In this document: positions 1 to 9,510 of the stretch, piece by piece
How the letters are laid out: every line of letters starts with the position of its first letter
Position numbering within the stretch: the first letter of the stretch is position 1
NCBI GenBank assembly: GCA_024405675.1
Contig: JAKSOH010000001.1
Location: forward strand, 22,748-86,747
Direction of reading: 5' to 3'
Source of the DNA: Victivallaceae bacterium
GTDB lineage: Bacteria > Verrucomicrobiota > Lentisphaeria > Victivallales > Victivallaceae
DNA length: 64,000 bases
Made by a program: the position numbers and the translations under genes
The notes under the pieces: model-generated
Told to the model about the DNA's origin: nothing
Seen by the model: only the letters and a program-made list of their open reading frames with translations
The model's database searches: none

Positions 1-91
1 TAATCGAACGTTCGTCCAGATTCAAGAACCAGGCAAGTTCACCGTCACCAACGCCTGGCCGCGCACGGTAAATACGTCAGCAGTTCTGACG

Positions 92-391
92 TTGCTTTCC
101 CTAATTGGCGCCATCCACGCCGCATGTACAAAGAACGGACTGCTGGCGCTATTCGTCATCTTGTTCGTAATCCTGCTGATGGTTGCCTTGACGATGTCCA
201 AGTACAAACGTGCTAAATGCGAAAACTGCGGATTCGAAGGAACACCATCAAGTGACGGACGGAATGACGGCGGAATACTGATTACGTTGTTCCTGCTGGG
301 CGTAATTCCCGCGCTGGTCTACATTTGCAGCTATCACATAGCCAGCGGCTACAGCTGCCCGCGCTGCGGCAACAGGGAAACGAGACACTGA
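92..391 (+). CDS. small membrane-associated zinc-ribbon protein (LITAF-like architecture), hypothetical
   Basis: 99-aa ORF with TTG at 92 and in-frame ATGs at 179 and 194. Two CxxC knuckles (CENC, CPRC) are separated by a ~20-aa hydrophobic segment GILITLFLLGVIPALVYI. The long start adds an N-terminal hydrophobic helix. No family recognised by eye. Confidence 0.35.
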   Translation: MLSLIGAIHAACTKNGLLALFVILFVILLMVALTMSKYKRAKCENCGFEGTPSSDGRNDGGILITLFLLGVIPALVYICSYHIASGYSCPRCGNRETRH

Positions 392-406
392 AATAGTCAA
401 ACGACG

Positions 407-1222
407 CTAACGAATAATCACCTTGTCCGGAACTCCGAAAAACTTTTCGGATATCCTTTGTGCCGTTCCGTCCTTGACCATGTCGAGAAGTGTCGACTGG
501 ACTTTGTCGCGCATTTCCTCCGCGCCCAACCGGAAACCGATGCCGCAGTTCTCAGGAAGTATTCTATCCGGCAATATGCGGTAGCTTTTTGCATCGTTGC
601 AACGTAGCATCGCAAAAGCCTCGTCGACCATGACAGCCTCGGCAGAGCCGTTGTTTAACTTCTCCATGACGTCCTCCGAGCTATTGCCAGGTACGATCTG
701 GTGAATCGATTTGCCCAAGGCGACAAGCGAGCGCTGCCCCGTCAATTCGCCACGCAATCCGCGCAAGATGGGCGTGTCCAGTTGGACACATAGAATGCGG
801 TCGCGCAAATCGTCGATACCCATTATGTCCGAACTGGCCTTGACCACAACCTTCTGGCAGTTTTCGAAATACGGCTTGGTCCAGCAACAACGCGACTCGC
901 GTCCGGTCATCGAGAAACAGCTCCAGATGCAATCTACGTTGGACATCTCCAGTTCGTCAAACTTGCGATCCCACTTGATTGGAACCGGTCGAAGGGTCCA
1001 TCCGTTCCGGTGGCAGACCTCACGGGCCAACTCGATGTCAAATCCCGTGTATTCACCGGTCCCCTGATCCTTGTAGACGAATGGGGCGAAATTGTCATCG
1101 AATCCGACGCGCAGTTCCGCCATCTGTTCCTCGCTTGAATCGCCGCAACCGGCAACAAACGACAATGCAAGCGCCGACATCAGGCAGACGACCAGAGTCG
1201 ATATGCTAGAAAAATGTTTCAT
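407..1222 (-). CDS. family-3 solute-binding protein (polar amino-acid ABC type), lipoprotein
   Basis: Start trimmed from 1339 to ATG 1222, with GGAGGA 9 nt upstream. Signal peptide plus lipobox LSFVAGC. SBP_bac_3-like motifs LRVGFDDNFAPFVY, GFDIELAREV, WDRKFDELEMSNVDCIWS. No permease or ATPase adjacent. Confidence 0.8.
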   Translation of the reverse strand: MKHFSSISTLVVCLMSALALSFVAGCGDSSEEQMAELRVGFDDNFAPFVYKDQGTGEYTGFDIELAREVCHRNGWTLRPVPIKWDRKFDELEMSNVDCIWSCFSMTGRESRCCWTKPYFENCQKVVVKASSDIMGIDDLRDRILCVQLDTPILRGLRGELTGQRSLVALGKSIHQIVPGNSSEDVMEKLNNGSAEAVMVDEAFAMLRCNDAKSYRILPDRILPENCGIGFRLGAEEMRDKVQSTLLDMVKDGTAQRISEKFFGVPDKVIIR

Positions 1223-1349
1223 CTTACGTATTCCTCCACAAACGGCGCCACCCCGGCACCTTGATTGTGTTACTATGAACGTTTTGGCGAAAAATACAAG
1301 CAGAAGTGATAGATTATGGGGAAACAACCCATCATTCACGGAGGCCTGA

Positions 1350-1631
1350 ATGGATAAATTCAGCTACATGGGATTCGAGTTCGACGCATTCACGATACTA
1401 AGCGAGCATGCGACAATATTGCTGTTGCGCGCCGGAAACGGATTGCTGGGCTGCGGTTACTTCTCGACCGAAGCCGCAGATAAATTCGGCGACGCGCTGG
1501 CAGTCGTCACCGGGGTCAACTCCTACGACGACATGGTCTTGGCGAAAGTCAAAAAAGTCTCGGCGAAAGCGGAAAAACTCGGTGTGCGTCCGGGGATGAC
1601 CGGCGGCGAAGCGCTGAAAAAGATGTGTTGA
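1350..1631 (+). CDS. DUF1805 (YunC-like) family protein
   Basis: 93 aa. The pattern NGLLGCGYF...FGDALAVVTGVNSYDDMVLAKVKKVSAKAEKLGVRPGMTGGEALKKM resembles Bacillus YunC/DUF1805 (from memory). Confidence 0.55.
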   Translation: MDKFSYMGFEFDAFTILSEHATILLLRAGNGLLGCGYFSTEAADKFGDALAVVTGVNSYDDMVLAKVKKVSAKAEKLGVRPGMTGGEALKKMC

Positions 1632-1632
1632 A

Positions 1633-1661
1633 TTTAAAATTCCACGCAGAAATGCTATATT
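1633..1661 (+). promoter_or_regulatory. putative sigma70-type promoter for tRNA-Arg (TTTAAA-N17-TATATT with extended TGc)
   Basis: TGCTATATT at 1653-1661 and TTTAAA at 1633-1638, about 75 nt upstream of the tRNA. The same TGnTATATT element recurs upstream of other genes in the window. Confidence 0.4.
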
Positions 1662-1736
1662 TGTCTAGCGCCCTTGTCCGGTTCGTGCCGGAAATTGCAG
1701 GCGTATGACCCACCGACGGCGGGTTGCAATACCGAT

Positions 1737-1812
1737 GGTCCGGTAGCTCAGTGGATAGAGCATCTGCCTTCTAAGCAGGTGGCCGTGGGTTCGATTCCCA
1801 CCCGGACTACCA
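1737..1812 (+). tRNA. tRNA-Arg (anticodon TCT)
   Basis: Cloverleaf folded by hand. Acceptor GGTCCGG/CCGGACT with a G1:U72 pair. D arm GCTC-AGTGGATA-GAGC. Anticodon stem TCTGC/GCAGG with loop CTTCTAA (anticodon TCT). T arm GTGGG-TTCGATT-CCCAC. Encoded CCA end. Confidence 0.9.
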
Positions 1813-1903
1813 TTTTCCCGCAACTGCTAGAAAATGCACTGGAAATGGTTTGAATAATCTTGAAAATAGCAACGCGAATTATCGCACACAGGAGGCAAGC
1901 ACA

Positions 1904-3163
1904 ATGAAAATCTTCTCGTTCTGCTGGAATCTCATTCTGGATTTATTCGGCATCATAAAGACTTCAGTCCAGAAATCGCTTAGCGACAACATTCCCGAAA
2001 AGGCAATGGCCTTGACCTACAATGTGTTTTTCGCCATCGTCCCGATGGCGGCCCTTGCCGTCGGTATCGCCAAGGGCTTCGATCTCGACGAAGAGCTCAT
2101 CGTGGCCATGAACAACTATTTCGCCGAACAGAGCGAAGCGCTGAAATGGATTCGCTCGTTCGCGGACCAGACGCTTAAGGCGAGCGGCGGAGTCCTGGCC
2201 GGCATCGGTGTGTTCATCTTGATCTTCACCGCGACCAAGTTGTTCATCAGCATAGAAAACGCCATCAATCAGGTGTGGGGTGTTTCCAGAAATCAGGGCG
2301 TGCTAAAGCGCATCCCCGTGTATTTCACCATCATGCTCCTGTTGCCGATTATGCTCGTGGTGCTCAGCAGCGCCAACGCACTTTCCCAAGGATGGCTGGT
2401 GAAAATGCTTCCCACCGGACCGACGACACAACTTCTGTTGCTTTGCTTCGCGCGTTCAGTCTCATTTCTCGTGACGTTCAGCGTCTTCTTCATGATCTAC
2501 AAGTTGATTCCCAAGCTACACGTCAACGCAGGAGCCGCGATTTTCGCGGCCGTGATCGGTACTATCCTGTATCTAGCTCTGCAGTTCTTCATCGTCTTCG
2601 CGCAACAGCGGTTGTTCTCCTATAACCGCATATACGGCAGCTTCGCAGTTCTTCCGTTGTTCCTCATCGGAATACAATATTCATGGTACGTCATCCTCTT
2701 CGGGGCTGAAGTCAGCCATGTTGCCCAGGACTGGAAGAAAACCTACAAGACGAAGTCCGACACGCAAGTAAGACCAAGTATTGAACTCATGCTGACTCAA
2801 GACCTGGCTGTGGCATCGCTGATTGCGAAAAGCATGACAAGAACGAAAGAAAATCGCGGTGGATGCGGAATAACCTACAACGAGCTGATGACCAAGATCC
2901 AGTTCAGCTCCCGCGATTTCGAGCGCTGCATCGACGATCTCATCAAGTCCGGCATCGTCTATGCGATCAACGATGGAGAGACGAAGTTCGTTATGGCCGA
3001 GGATCCGGGCGATCTCTCGGTGCGCACCTGCCTCGAGCGGTTCTTCCGCAACGGCAGGGTCGACAAGAACAAGTCGTGCAACCTTGCCGGTGCGAGCAGG
3101 ATACTGGATGGTATCTGGACTACCAACGCCGACGCGATGAAAGCCAACGTCCGCGAAATCTAG
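1904..3163 (+). CDS. YihY/BrkB (virulence factor BrkB / RNase BN-like) family inner-membrane protein with C-terminal soluble extension
   Basis: Start moved to ATG 1904 (AGGAGG 8 nt upstream). Six predicted TM helices and YihY-like motifs (AMALTYNVFFAIVPM, NQVWGV, YGSFAVLPLFLIGIQYSWYVILFGAE). About 140 extra C-terminal residues. Confidence 0.8.
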   Translation: MKIFSFCWNLILDLFGIIKTSVQKSLSDNIPEKAMALTYNVFFAIVPMAALAVGIAKGFDLDEELIVAMNNYFAEQSEALKWIRSFADQTLKASGGVLAGIGVFILIFTATKLFISIENAINQVWGVSRNQGVLKRIPVYFTIMLLLPIMLVVLSSANALSQGWLVKMLPTGPTTQLLLLCFARSVSFLVTFSVFFMIYKLIPKLHVNAGAAIFAAVIGTILYLALQFFIVFAQQRLFSYNRIYGSFAVLPLFLIGIQYSWYVILFGAEVSHVAQDWKKTYKTKSDTQVRPSIELMLTQDLAVASLIAKSMTRTKENRGGCGITYNELMTKIQFSSRDFERCIDDLIKSGIVYAINDGETKFVMAEDPGDLSVRTCLERFFRNGRVDKNKSCNLAGASRILDGIWTTNADAMKANVREI

Positions 3164-3169
3164 GCAAAT

Positions 3170-3898
3170 CTAGCGGAAGAGGGCAGCGGGCCTGCCGCCG
3201 GATTTCTTGACCAGCTTAACGACCAGACCGGCCGTCATCTCCGCCCCGTTCCGGTTCAGGTGGACCTTGTCGTAGTCCAGCCAATTCCGGACCGGGACTT
3301 CCCGCTTCAGGACGAAGTAACTCGCCCCGCCGTTGTCGGATTCCATTGCGACGAGAAATTCCACATTGAGGTCAAGCAGCGGCACGTTTCCATCCGCCGC
3401 AACGCGCCGGATGGCGTCATTGTACGATGCCTTTCTGGCAAGCGTGGCGGCGTCCGCGTCATAGGTGGATGTCGTCGTAAGCAGCACTGGAACGGCTCCC
3501 GCCTCACGGACTTCGCCGACCATTCTTTTCAAGTTGGATTGGAAATCGGCTTCGCAGACGTAGGCGGAAGGATTTCCCTTGTCGGAATCGTTGTTACCGA
3601 AGGCGATGAAAACACAATCGCCCGCCTCCAAATTGGATACCGCCCGCCCCCACAGACCTTTGTCGAGCCACGTCTTGGTGCTCGATCCGGGAACGGCCAG
3701 GTTCCGAACTTCGACACCCTTGGCGCAGTAACCAGAAATAAATTCGCCCCAGCCGAAACAAGGACGCGGATCGCGACGGCTGTAATCGGCCATTATGGAA
3801 TCTCCACAAAGAACGATATCCGAAGCGACCACCCCCGAAACAAAGAACAACGATACCGCCACTATCATACTCCCAAGAAAGCCAATGCGTCTTGCCAT
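3170..3898 (-). CDS. SGNH/GDSL-family hydrolase (carbohydrate esterase-like), exported
   Basis: Start at ATG 3898 (GGAGG 6 nt upstream). Signal peptide. SGNH blocks: CGDSIM (block I Ser), GWG, FGNNDS (block III), DKVHLN (block V D-x-x-H). Confidence 0.8.
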   Translation of the reverse strand: MARRIGFLGSMIVAVSLFFVSGVVASDIVLCGDSIMADYSRRDPRPCFGWGEFISGYCAKGVEVRNLAVPGSSTKTWLDKGLWGRAVSNLEAGDCVFIAFGNNDSDKGNPSAYVCEADFQSNLKRMVGEVREAGAVPVLLTTTSTYDADAATLARKASYNDAIRRVAADGNVPLLDLNVEFLVAMESDNGGASYFVLKREVPVRNWLDYDKVHLNRNGAEMTAGLVVKLVKKSGGRPAALFR

Positions 3899-3971
3899 GG
3901 CACACCTCCAGTTAAACTCCATGCGAAAGTACTAGAGTATAACCCAGGAATCGGCGATATTCAAAGCATTG

Positions 3972-5180
3972 TTACTTTCCGAATTCCGCCTTCCAATCCG
4001 GATTTTCCGGTCCGAAATGCTTGAGCATGACTATCGGATCTGCCTTCGACTGGTTCTCTATGACGACTCCAGCCGTGGCTGCGTCCTCCGATACGAAGTA
4101 CTCGTCAAAGCTCAACTGACCGTAGCGCAGCAATGCCGGCGTCTCGATCGGCAAGCCGTTCAATGTTCCGTGCCCCTGGAGCATTATGAGACCGTACGCG
4201 GCGGCGTCACGGATGACCGCCCGTCGCCCCGGCAGAACGGTAAGTTCCTTTGACGATACGTGACTGCTCTTGTAGCATATCCAGCGATCGGCGTAACCAT
4301 TCGACTCGTTCTCCTCGTCGGACGCCGTCGCGACCGGACGCATGAACCTATGCTCGAGAAAATGCGGATCCACGTTGAGCTCCCAGTCGACGACATCGAC
4401 CAGATAGTCAAAATCGCCGCGATGCTCGGTAGGGCAATCTTTCCATAGCAGGTCCTCGGATATCAGCTGGTCGTCGACCAGGCTTTGGTACATGGCGTAC
4501 ACGTCGCTCGCCACCTGCGGCTCGTATGTGCAGTAGCTGCCCGGCGCATGCAGCAGACCGGGCGGCACGTCCCATCCGGTTCCCGGCTCCAGACGATATG
4601 CCCGGGAAAGGTCGGTTATGCGATTGTCTCCTTTGGTGAAGTTTTCGAGACAGCGCTTCAACTGCTCCCTGGTCGTTCCCGGCTCAAGTCCGAAGAACGT
4701 AAACGGGAAATGGCCGCCGTGGTTGTTCAACTGCGTTGGAAAGAAGTAGCATTCCGGCTTTCCTCTCTGTCCAACCAGTTTGGCATGCTGGTCGCGATGG
4801 TGAATGTGGTGTGGAAGCGGACCGAGGTTGTCGAAGAACTTGGAATATACCGGCCAGCCACCATAGGCGTCCCAGATCCGCGCGCCAAGCAGTTCGGCGC
4901 CAAGCTCGGAAACCCCGTCGGTCAGCGGAATAAGTTCGTTTCCCTCCGCCACGACGTGGCTGATGCCTTCGTTCTTCGCGGTAAGCGGCCCGTTGTCGGC
5001 TGGCGTTGTGCAACCAAGCCAGCGCTCGTCTATTCCGCCACGCGCGCTGCCGAGCGCATAATAGTCGTCTGGATGCAATTTGATGCGCCGTCCCGGAATG
5101 CAGAATGCGCGCGGCACCCAGTTAGGCGCCAGCCTGAAGATTCCGTTGCCTTGTTCGAAAGCCTGTCTGATTTTGCTCAT
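3972..5180 (-). CDS. cupin-fold sugar isomerase-like protein (type I phosphomannose-isomerase-like)
   Basis: 402 aa with GGAGGAG before the ATG. His-rich metal-site region LPHHIHHRDQH and cupin-like C-terminal strands. Family assignment is tentative (by eye only). Confidence 0.5.
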   Translation of the reverse strand: MSKIRQAFEQGNGIFRLAPNWVPRAFCIPGRRIKLHPDDYYALGSARGGIDERWLGCTTPADNGPLTAKNEGISHVVAEGNELIPLTDGVSELGAELLGARIWDAYGGWPVYSKFFDNLGPLPHHIHHRDQHAKLVGQRGKPECYFFPTQLNNHGGHFPFTFFGLEPGTTREQLKRCLENFTKGDNRITDLSRAYRLEPGTGWDVPPGLLHAPGSYCTYEPQVASDVYAMYQSLVDDQLISEDLLWKDCPTEHRGDFDYLVDVVDWELNVDPHFLEHRFMRPVATASDEENESNGYADRWICYKSSHVSSKELTVLPGRRAVIRDAAAYGLIMLQGHGTLNGLPIETPALLRYGQLSFDEYFVSEDAATAGVVIENQSKADPIVMLKHFGPENPDWKAEFGK

Positions 5181-5182
5181 GA

Positions 5183-7237
5183 CTACTTCTCCTCCTGCTT
5201 GAATTCGAAAAACTCGGCCTCGTCGATATGATCCACTGTGAAAGACAGCATTCCGTTTTCAAGAACAAATGGGACGCCGCTTCCATCGGATACCCTGACC
5301 AATCTGAAAACTCCGCCGGCCGGTGTCATCAGGCGGATTTTTACATCGCGCAGCGGGACCGGCGGCAGATCGTCCTGATAATTGACCACGGCGACGCAAC
5401 GTGTCGTCCCGCCTTCGTCCGCGAGAAGCGTCAGTTCTGCTGATTTCGGCAGATTCGCGCATTCCACCGGAGGCTTTACATAACGGAGCACTGTCTCTCC
5501 CGCAAACCTACGGTGCGCATCATTACGACCAGTCATGACGTCATCGTATATGTATACGGCGAGTCCCTTTCCGTAGCGATGCTCAGACATTCCGACGAAT
5601 CCGCTGTCTTCGAGTCCCGGCGGATTCGAATGTATCGATGCGTACGACTCCGGGTCATCCGGTGGAAAATCCGGCATGTTGACCATTCCAAGCACATTGG
5701 TGTCGTTTTCAGCGGTCACCAGCGGAGCCGGAGCGTCGCAGAAGAGCCTTTCCCCGTCCTTCGACAAGTAGGAGACGCGTCCGGTCGACCTACCTGTCCA
5801 ATGGACGCCGAGCACATCGCCAAGGGAAAAGTCGCCGGAACCGGTGCCATCGTCCGCATGAATCGAAGTCCTCCCCGTGGCGATCAAGATGCCTCCTGAA
5901 TACACGTAGTTACGCATCTTCGATTCCTCGTCAGCCGGCAGATAGGCGGCGTTTCCCACCAGCACCAGATCGAATTTCGACCAGTCGATAGTGCGTTCCG
6001 TGACCAATTCATATGGTATGTGAAGTTCTGTCAGGACTCTGGACATGCCCATCGCCTCCTCCACTACCGCGTTGCGGCGAATCGACATGTTGTTGGAATC
6101 TGATTCCGACACCTTTTCCAGGGACACGGGGCCGGAACTTCCCACGCAGCTTGGCATGGAAAAATAGATGCCGACCGTCCCTTTTATGCGTAGCCCCTTG
6201 GAAACCGCCTTGCGGAATGGTTCCAGGCGTCTGTTAATATCGGACAGTGTCCGATAGAACTTCTCGCTGAGTGTTCCGTCCGGATTTATGGCGTCGATAA
6301 AGAAATAGGCGCCGCCGTTGGCCAGGGTAGTCAGCGCATGCATGCGCAGTTCGTCATCGCCCTTGGCCGACGTATGATCATGCAACGAGACGCATCTCGA
6401 GGTCATGAACTCGAACGGCCGGCGCGTCGTGAACGCGTCGAACGCCTTCACCGCGAACCGCTGTTGCATCTTGCCTCCGTAGAAATCGCCGCTGCAGTAG
6501 TCGCAGGCTTCCGCGATTCCGGACGACTGGCCGAGATACCAGCCGTGGAGAACCGGAGAAAACTGATGGGTCACGGTGATGTCGGGACGAAGATTCCGTA
6601 TGAACTGCGTGGTCCTGGCCGCATACTCCGCCATGGAACGCTCCCTGAACCGCTGGAACTTCACCCAATCCGGATTCTCCCAGTCGACCATCGTCGGTAT
6701 TTCAAGACCGCATTCGCGCCGAAACTTTTCGCGACAACAGTCGCAGCAACATATCATCGGCCAGAACGTCATGTCGACGAAGATGCCGCGCAGCTTCTTG
6801 TTCGTCAGGAATTCCGCCATCTGAGCGAAATGAAACTCGGCGGTTCCCGGATTGTTTGGACAGCCGTACCTATAGCGCCCGTGGCGGTCGCGACCGGAAA
6901 TGTCATGCTGTCGGCACTCCGGATGGCGACGCCAGATGTCGTTGTGAAAGATGTGGGTGTAGTAGGCGACCGGAACTATTCCCTCCCTGTCAAGCAAATC
7001 CACCACTTCGCCGAATATGTCCCTGCCACGCAATCCAGCATGCATATGCCCCACCTTGGTCGGATAGTAGCAGTTCCCGTTGTGATCGCAGGAGTACACC
7101 ATGGCCATTTCAACGCCGGACAACTTGACCAGTCGTACATATTCCTTCGGAGAATAGCGGCTCATGTATTCCGGTCTACAATCGGTGATGTGGTTGTCGA
7201 CCAACAACCGCGAATAGCATTTATCTAGCCAGCTCAT
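5183..7237 (-). CDS. GHL6-type putative glycoside hydrolase with C-terminal beta-galactosidase-trimerisation-like domain
   Basis: The N-terminus (LLVDNHI...YVRLVKLSGVEMAMVYSCDHNGNCYYPTKVGHMHAGLRGRDIFGEVVDLLDREGIVPVAYY) matches my recollection of Pfam GHL6 (PF14871). No signal peptide. Confidence 0.55.
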   Translation of the reverse strand: MSWLDKCYSRLLVDNHITDCRPEYMSRYSPKEYVRLVKLSGVEMAMVYSCDHNGNCYYPTKVGHMHAGLRGRDIFGEVVDLLDREGIVPVAYYTHIFHNDIWRRHPECRQHDISGRDRHGRYRYGCPNNPGTAEFHFAQMAEFLTNKKLRGIFVDMTFWPMICCCDCCREKFRRECGLEIPTMVDWENPDWVKFQRFRERSMAEYAARTTQFIRNLRPDITVTHQFSPVLHGWYLGQSSGIAEACDYCSGDFYGGKMQQRFAVKAFDAFTTRRPFEFMTSRCVSLHDHTSAKGDDELRMHALTTLANGGAYFFIDAINPDGTLSEKFYRTLSDINRRLEPFRKAVSKGLRIKGTVGIYFSMPSCVGSSGPVSLEKVSESDSNNMSIRRNAVVEEAMGMSRVLTELHIPYELVTERTIDWSKFDLVLVGNAAYLPADEESKMRNYVYSGGILIATGRTSIHADDGTGSGDFSLGDVLGVHWTGRSTGRVSYLSKDGERLFCDAPAPLVTAENDTNVLGMVNMPDFPPDDPESYASIHSNPPGLEDSGFVGMSEHRYGKGLAVYIYDDVMTGRNDAHRRFAGETVLRYVKPPVECANLPKSAELTLLADEGGTTRCVAVVNYQDDLPPVPLRDVKIRLMTPAGGVFRLVRVSDGSGVPFVLENGMLSFTVDHIDEAEFFEFKQEEK

Positions 7238-7306
7238 GTATTTCCCTTTTCTTAGGCGAATTCATAGCTTATATTTAAATATTGCTTGAAATAGCAAAGA
7301 GTAAAT

Positions 7307-8194
7307 ATGACAAAACAACCATATATAGCACAAATCGAACATATGTCGGCTAAAATGCCGGATGTTCCTGGTTATGGTCCGGTGTGGCGAGGAACTTGGG
7401 ATGCCGGCCGCATTGAACGCAATCGGAAACTATACGATTTCGAACTGGTGCTCTTCGTATCCGGATCCGCCGTGGTCACCACCGAGGCCGGAGTGTTCCG
7501 CTGCGATACCGGCAGCGTCATTGTGATTCCGCCGGACATGGCGCACGCAACGGTAGCCGCCACCAGAGTCGAGAGATGGTGCGTGCATTTCACATGGAAA
7601 GCCGACGTGGTTGTGAACTCCATGCCGACCGTCGAGCATTGGAGCGAAGATGACGGGACGTTCGATCCAAAACGCATCGCGGACATTCCCCATGACTTAC
7701 GGGAGTTCCCCTGGTTCCATGCGGTCATGCCGATCGGCTTCCTGGAGACGGCCCGCGACTTCTTCGACGGACACGGCAAATCGGGCGCGGCCACTCAGAC
7801 CGGACGTCTTATGACAATGCTCGGAATGCTCATTGACGACGAAGGTTCGGTCCGAACGCGGGAATCTCGGCTCGCCATCGACATCAAGCATGAGATCGAG
7901 GAAAATTTCAGAAATCCCGGACTCTCGGTTCTCGGCATTGCCACGGCTCATGGCGTCACCCCTGGCCATGTCGCCAGGGTGTTCCGCGACATCTCGGGAA
8001 TTTCCCCGATGGGATATGTGCTCAAGCTGCGACTGGAGACCGCAAAGGAAATGCTGGCGAAGGAACCGCTACTGAGAATCAAGGAAATCGCGGCGAAATC
8101 CGGCTTCGACGATGCAAATTACTTTTCGAGGGTTTTTCGCAAATCCACGGGGTGTTCGCCGTCGGAGTTCCGTATCAACGCCTGGGAAAATTGA
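7307..8194 (+). CDS. AraC-family transcriptional regulator (cupin sensor + HTH)
   Basis: C-terminal AraC HTH signature (IKEIAAKSGFDDANYFSRVFRKSTGCSPSEFR). N-terminal cupin-like domain. Divergent from the GHL6 gene. Confidence 0.9.
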   Translation: MTKQPYIAQIEHMSAKMPDVPGYGPVWRGTWDAGRIERNRKLYDFELVLFVSGSAVVTTEAGVFRCDTGSVIVIPPDMAHATVAATRVERWCVHFTWKADVVVNSMPTVEHWSEDDGTFDPKRIADIPHDLREFPWFHAVMPIGFLETARDFFDGHGKSGAATQTGRLMTMLGMLIDDEGSVRTRESRLAIDIKHEIEENFRNPGLSVLGIATAHGVTPGHVARVFRDISGISPMGYVLKLRLETAKEMLAKEPLLRIKEIAAKSGFDDANYFSRVFRKSTGCSPSEFRINAWEN

Positions 8195-8218
8195 CAATCC
8201 CGACCGCAATGCTATCTT
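8191..8218 (+). promoter_or_regulatory. putative sigma70 promoter (TTGACA-N16-TATCTT, extended TGc)
   Basis: TTGACA at 8191-8196, TGC at 8210-8212, TATCTT at 8213-8218. Lies about 45 nt upstream of the ATG at 8261. Confidence 0.5.
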
Positions 8219-8260
8219 AGCACATACTTGACTATGGACTTACAAAGGAGACATTCGACT

Positions 8261-9442
8261 ATGAGAAAGGCCATCTCTCTGTTTGCCGCATTCATGGCCG
8301 CGACGGCATTACTCGCAGGAAGTGAAGAAATGGTCAAGGCGATGGCGATATACTATCCGCACTGGCATGCGTATCCCCGCGGCGAGCAATGGTTCGGGAA
8401 AGGGTGGACCGAATGGGAATTCGTGAAAACCCAGACTCCGCGCTACCCGGGACATCCGGTCCCGATCAAACCGCTAATGGGATATTATGACGAATCGAAG
8501 CCGGAGAACGTCGAAAAGGAAATTGATCTCGCGGCCGACGCCGGACTGGACATCTTCCTGTTTGACTGGTATTGCTATGACGGCGAAGTGATTATGCAGG
8601 AGGTACTCGACAACGCCTTTCTCAAGGCGCCCAACCGCGACAGGATGAAATTCGCCCTCATGTGGTGCTACCACGATCGCCGTAATCGCTTCCGCGCTAT
8701 AATCGACGACCCCGGTGCCGAACTCATCGCGCGCGCCGGCACTCCGGACGAATTCCGCAAGTGCTTCGACATCGTGCTTGAGAAATATCTCTGGCGTCCG
8801 GAATACTGGCGCAAGGACGGACACCCGTTCTTCTCCATCTTCAACGCACAGGATTTCGTCGCAAAGATGGGCGGCCCGGAAAAGGTGAAGGAACTGCTCG
8901 ACGAAGCGGACGCCAAGGCTGTCGCGAAGGGGCTGCCGACACTTCACTGGAACGCCATGCAGGTCAGGCCGGCTCTCGTTCCGACATTCAAGGCGGCTGG
9001 ATTCTCGTCCTGTTCCGCCTACAACATCACCTGCCACGACCTGCCTGACTACAAGACGCGCTTCAACAAAGGACAGCAGTTGTTCGAATACAGCGAGGTC
9101 GCCGACATCCATCGTACGTTTTGGAAAAGCTTCGACAACTGCGAACTCATGTTCCTGCCGACGGTCACCCGCGGATGGGATTGCTCGGGACGCTGCCGCA
9201 ATGACGAACCGTTCCCGTGGCGCGCTCATTTCTATCCCTATGTCGGCATCGTCAGGAACAACACGCCGGAACTTTTCCAATCTCTTCTCGCCGATGCGAA
9301 GAAACGGGCGGAAAGCGATCCGGCGAAACCCGGCGTCGTCGTCATCAACGCATGGAACGAATACACGGAAGGATGCTGGCTGGTGCCGGACGAAAACATC
9401 GGCGACGCCTCGTTGCGAGCCATAAGGTCCGTGTTTCGCTGA
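8261..9442 (+). CDS. WbsX-like (PF14307) glycan-active enzyme, exported
   Basis: Start at ATG 8261 (AAGGAG upstream). Signal peptide. Strong WbsX-family pattern: AIYYPHWHAYPRGEQWFGKGWTEWEFVKTQTPRYPGH...MGYYDES...DWYCYDG...MWCYHDRRNRF. Confidence 0.7.
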   Translation: MRKAISLFAAFMAATALLAGSEEMVKAMAIYYPHWHAYPRGEQWFGKGWTEWEFVKTQTPRYPGHPVPIKPLMGYYDESKPENVEKEIDLAADAGLDIFLFDWYCYDGEVIMQEVLDNAFLKAPNRDRMKFALMWCYHDRRNRFRAIIDDPGAELIARAGTPDEFRKCFDIVLEKYLWRPEYWRKDGHPFFSIFNAQDFVAKMGGPEKVKELLDEADAKAVAKGLPTLHWNAMQVRPALVPTFKAAGFSSCSAYNITCHDLPDYKTRFNKGQQLFEYSEVADIHRTFWKSFDNCELMFLPTVTRGWDCSGRCRNDEPFPWRAHFYPYVGIVRNNTPELFQSLLADAKKRAESDPAKPGVVVINAWNEYTEGCWLVPDENIGDASLRAIRSVFR

Positions 9443-9510
9443 TATAGGAACCGCGGGCCAGGCCGCAGTCCATTTTTGTTATTGTTCTCTCCTGTGCACA
9501 CGTTGAAATA

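Noticed and set aside
22-207. 61-aa minus-strand ORF at the window edge
   Set aside because: It is short, overlaps the 92-391 ORF, and has no motif or RBS. It is probably noise. The left 90 nt of the window cannot be interpreted.
1737-3163. tRNA-Arg as a possible genomic-island integration site
   Set aside because: No integrase, recombinase or phage gene lies downstream. I did not notice a direct repeat of the tRNA 3' end in the following kilobases. The neighbouring genes look like ordinary chromosomal content.
9443-9475. Possible terminator after the WbsX-like gene (GCGGGCCAGGCCGC followed by a T-run)
   Set aside because: Hand folding gives at most 2-4 bp with a 1-4 nt loop, so it is not a convincing hairpin.
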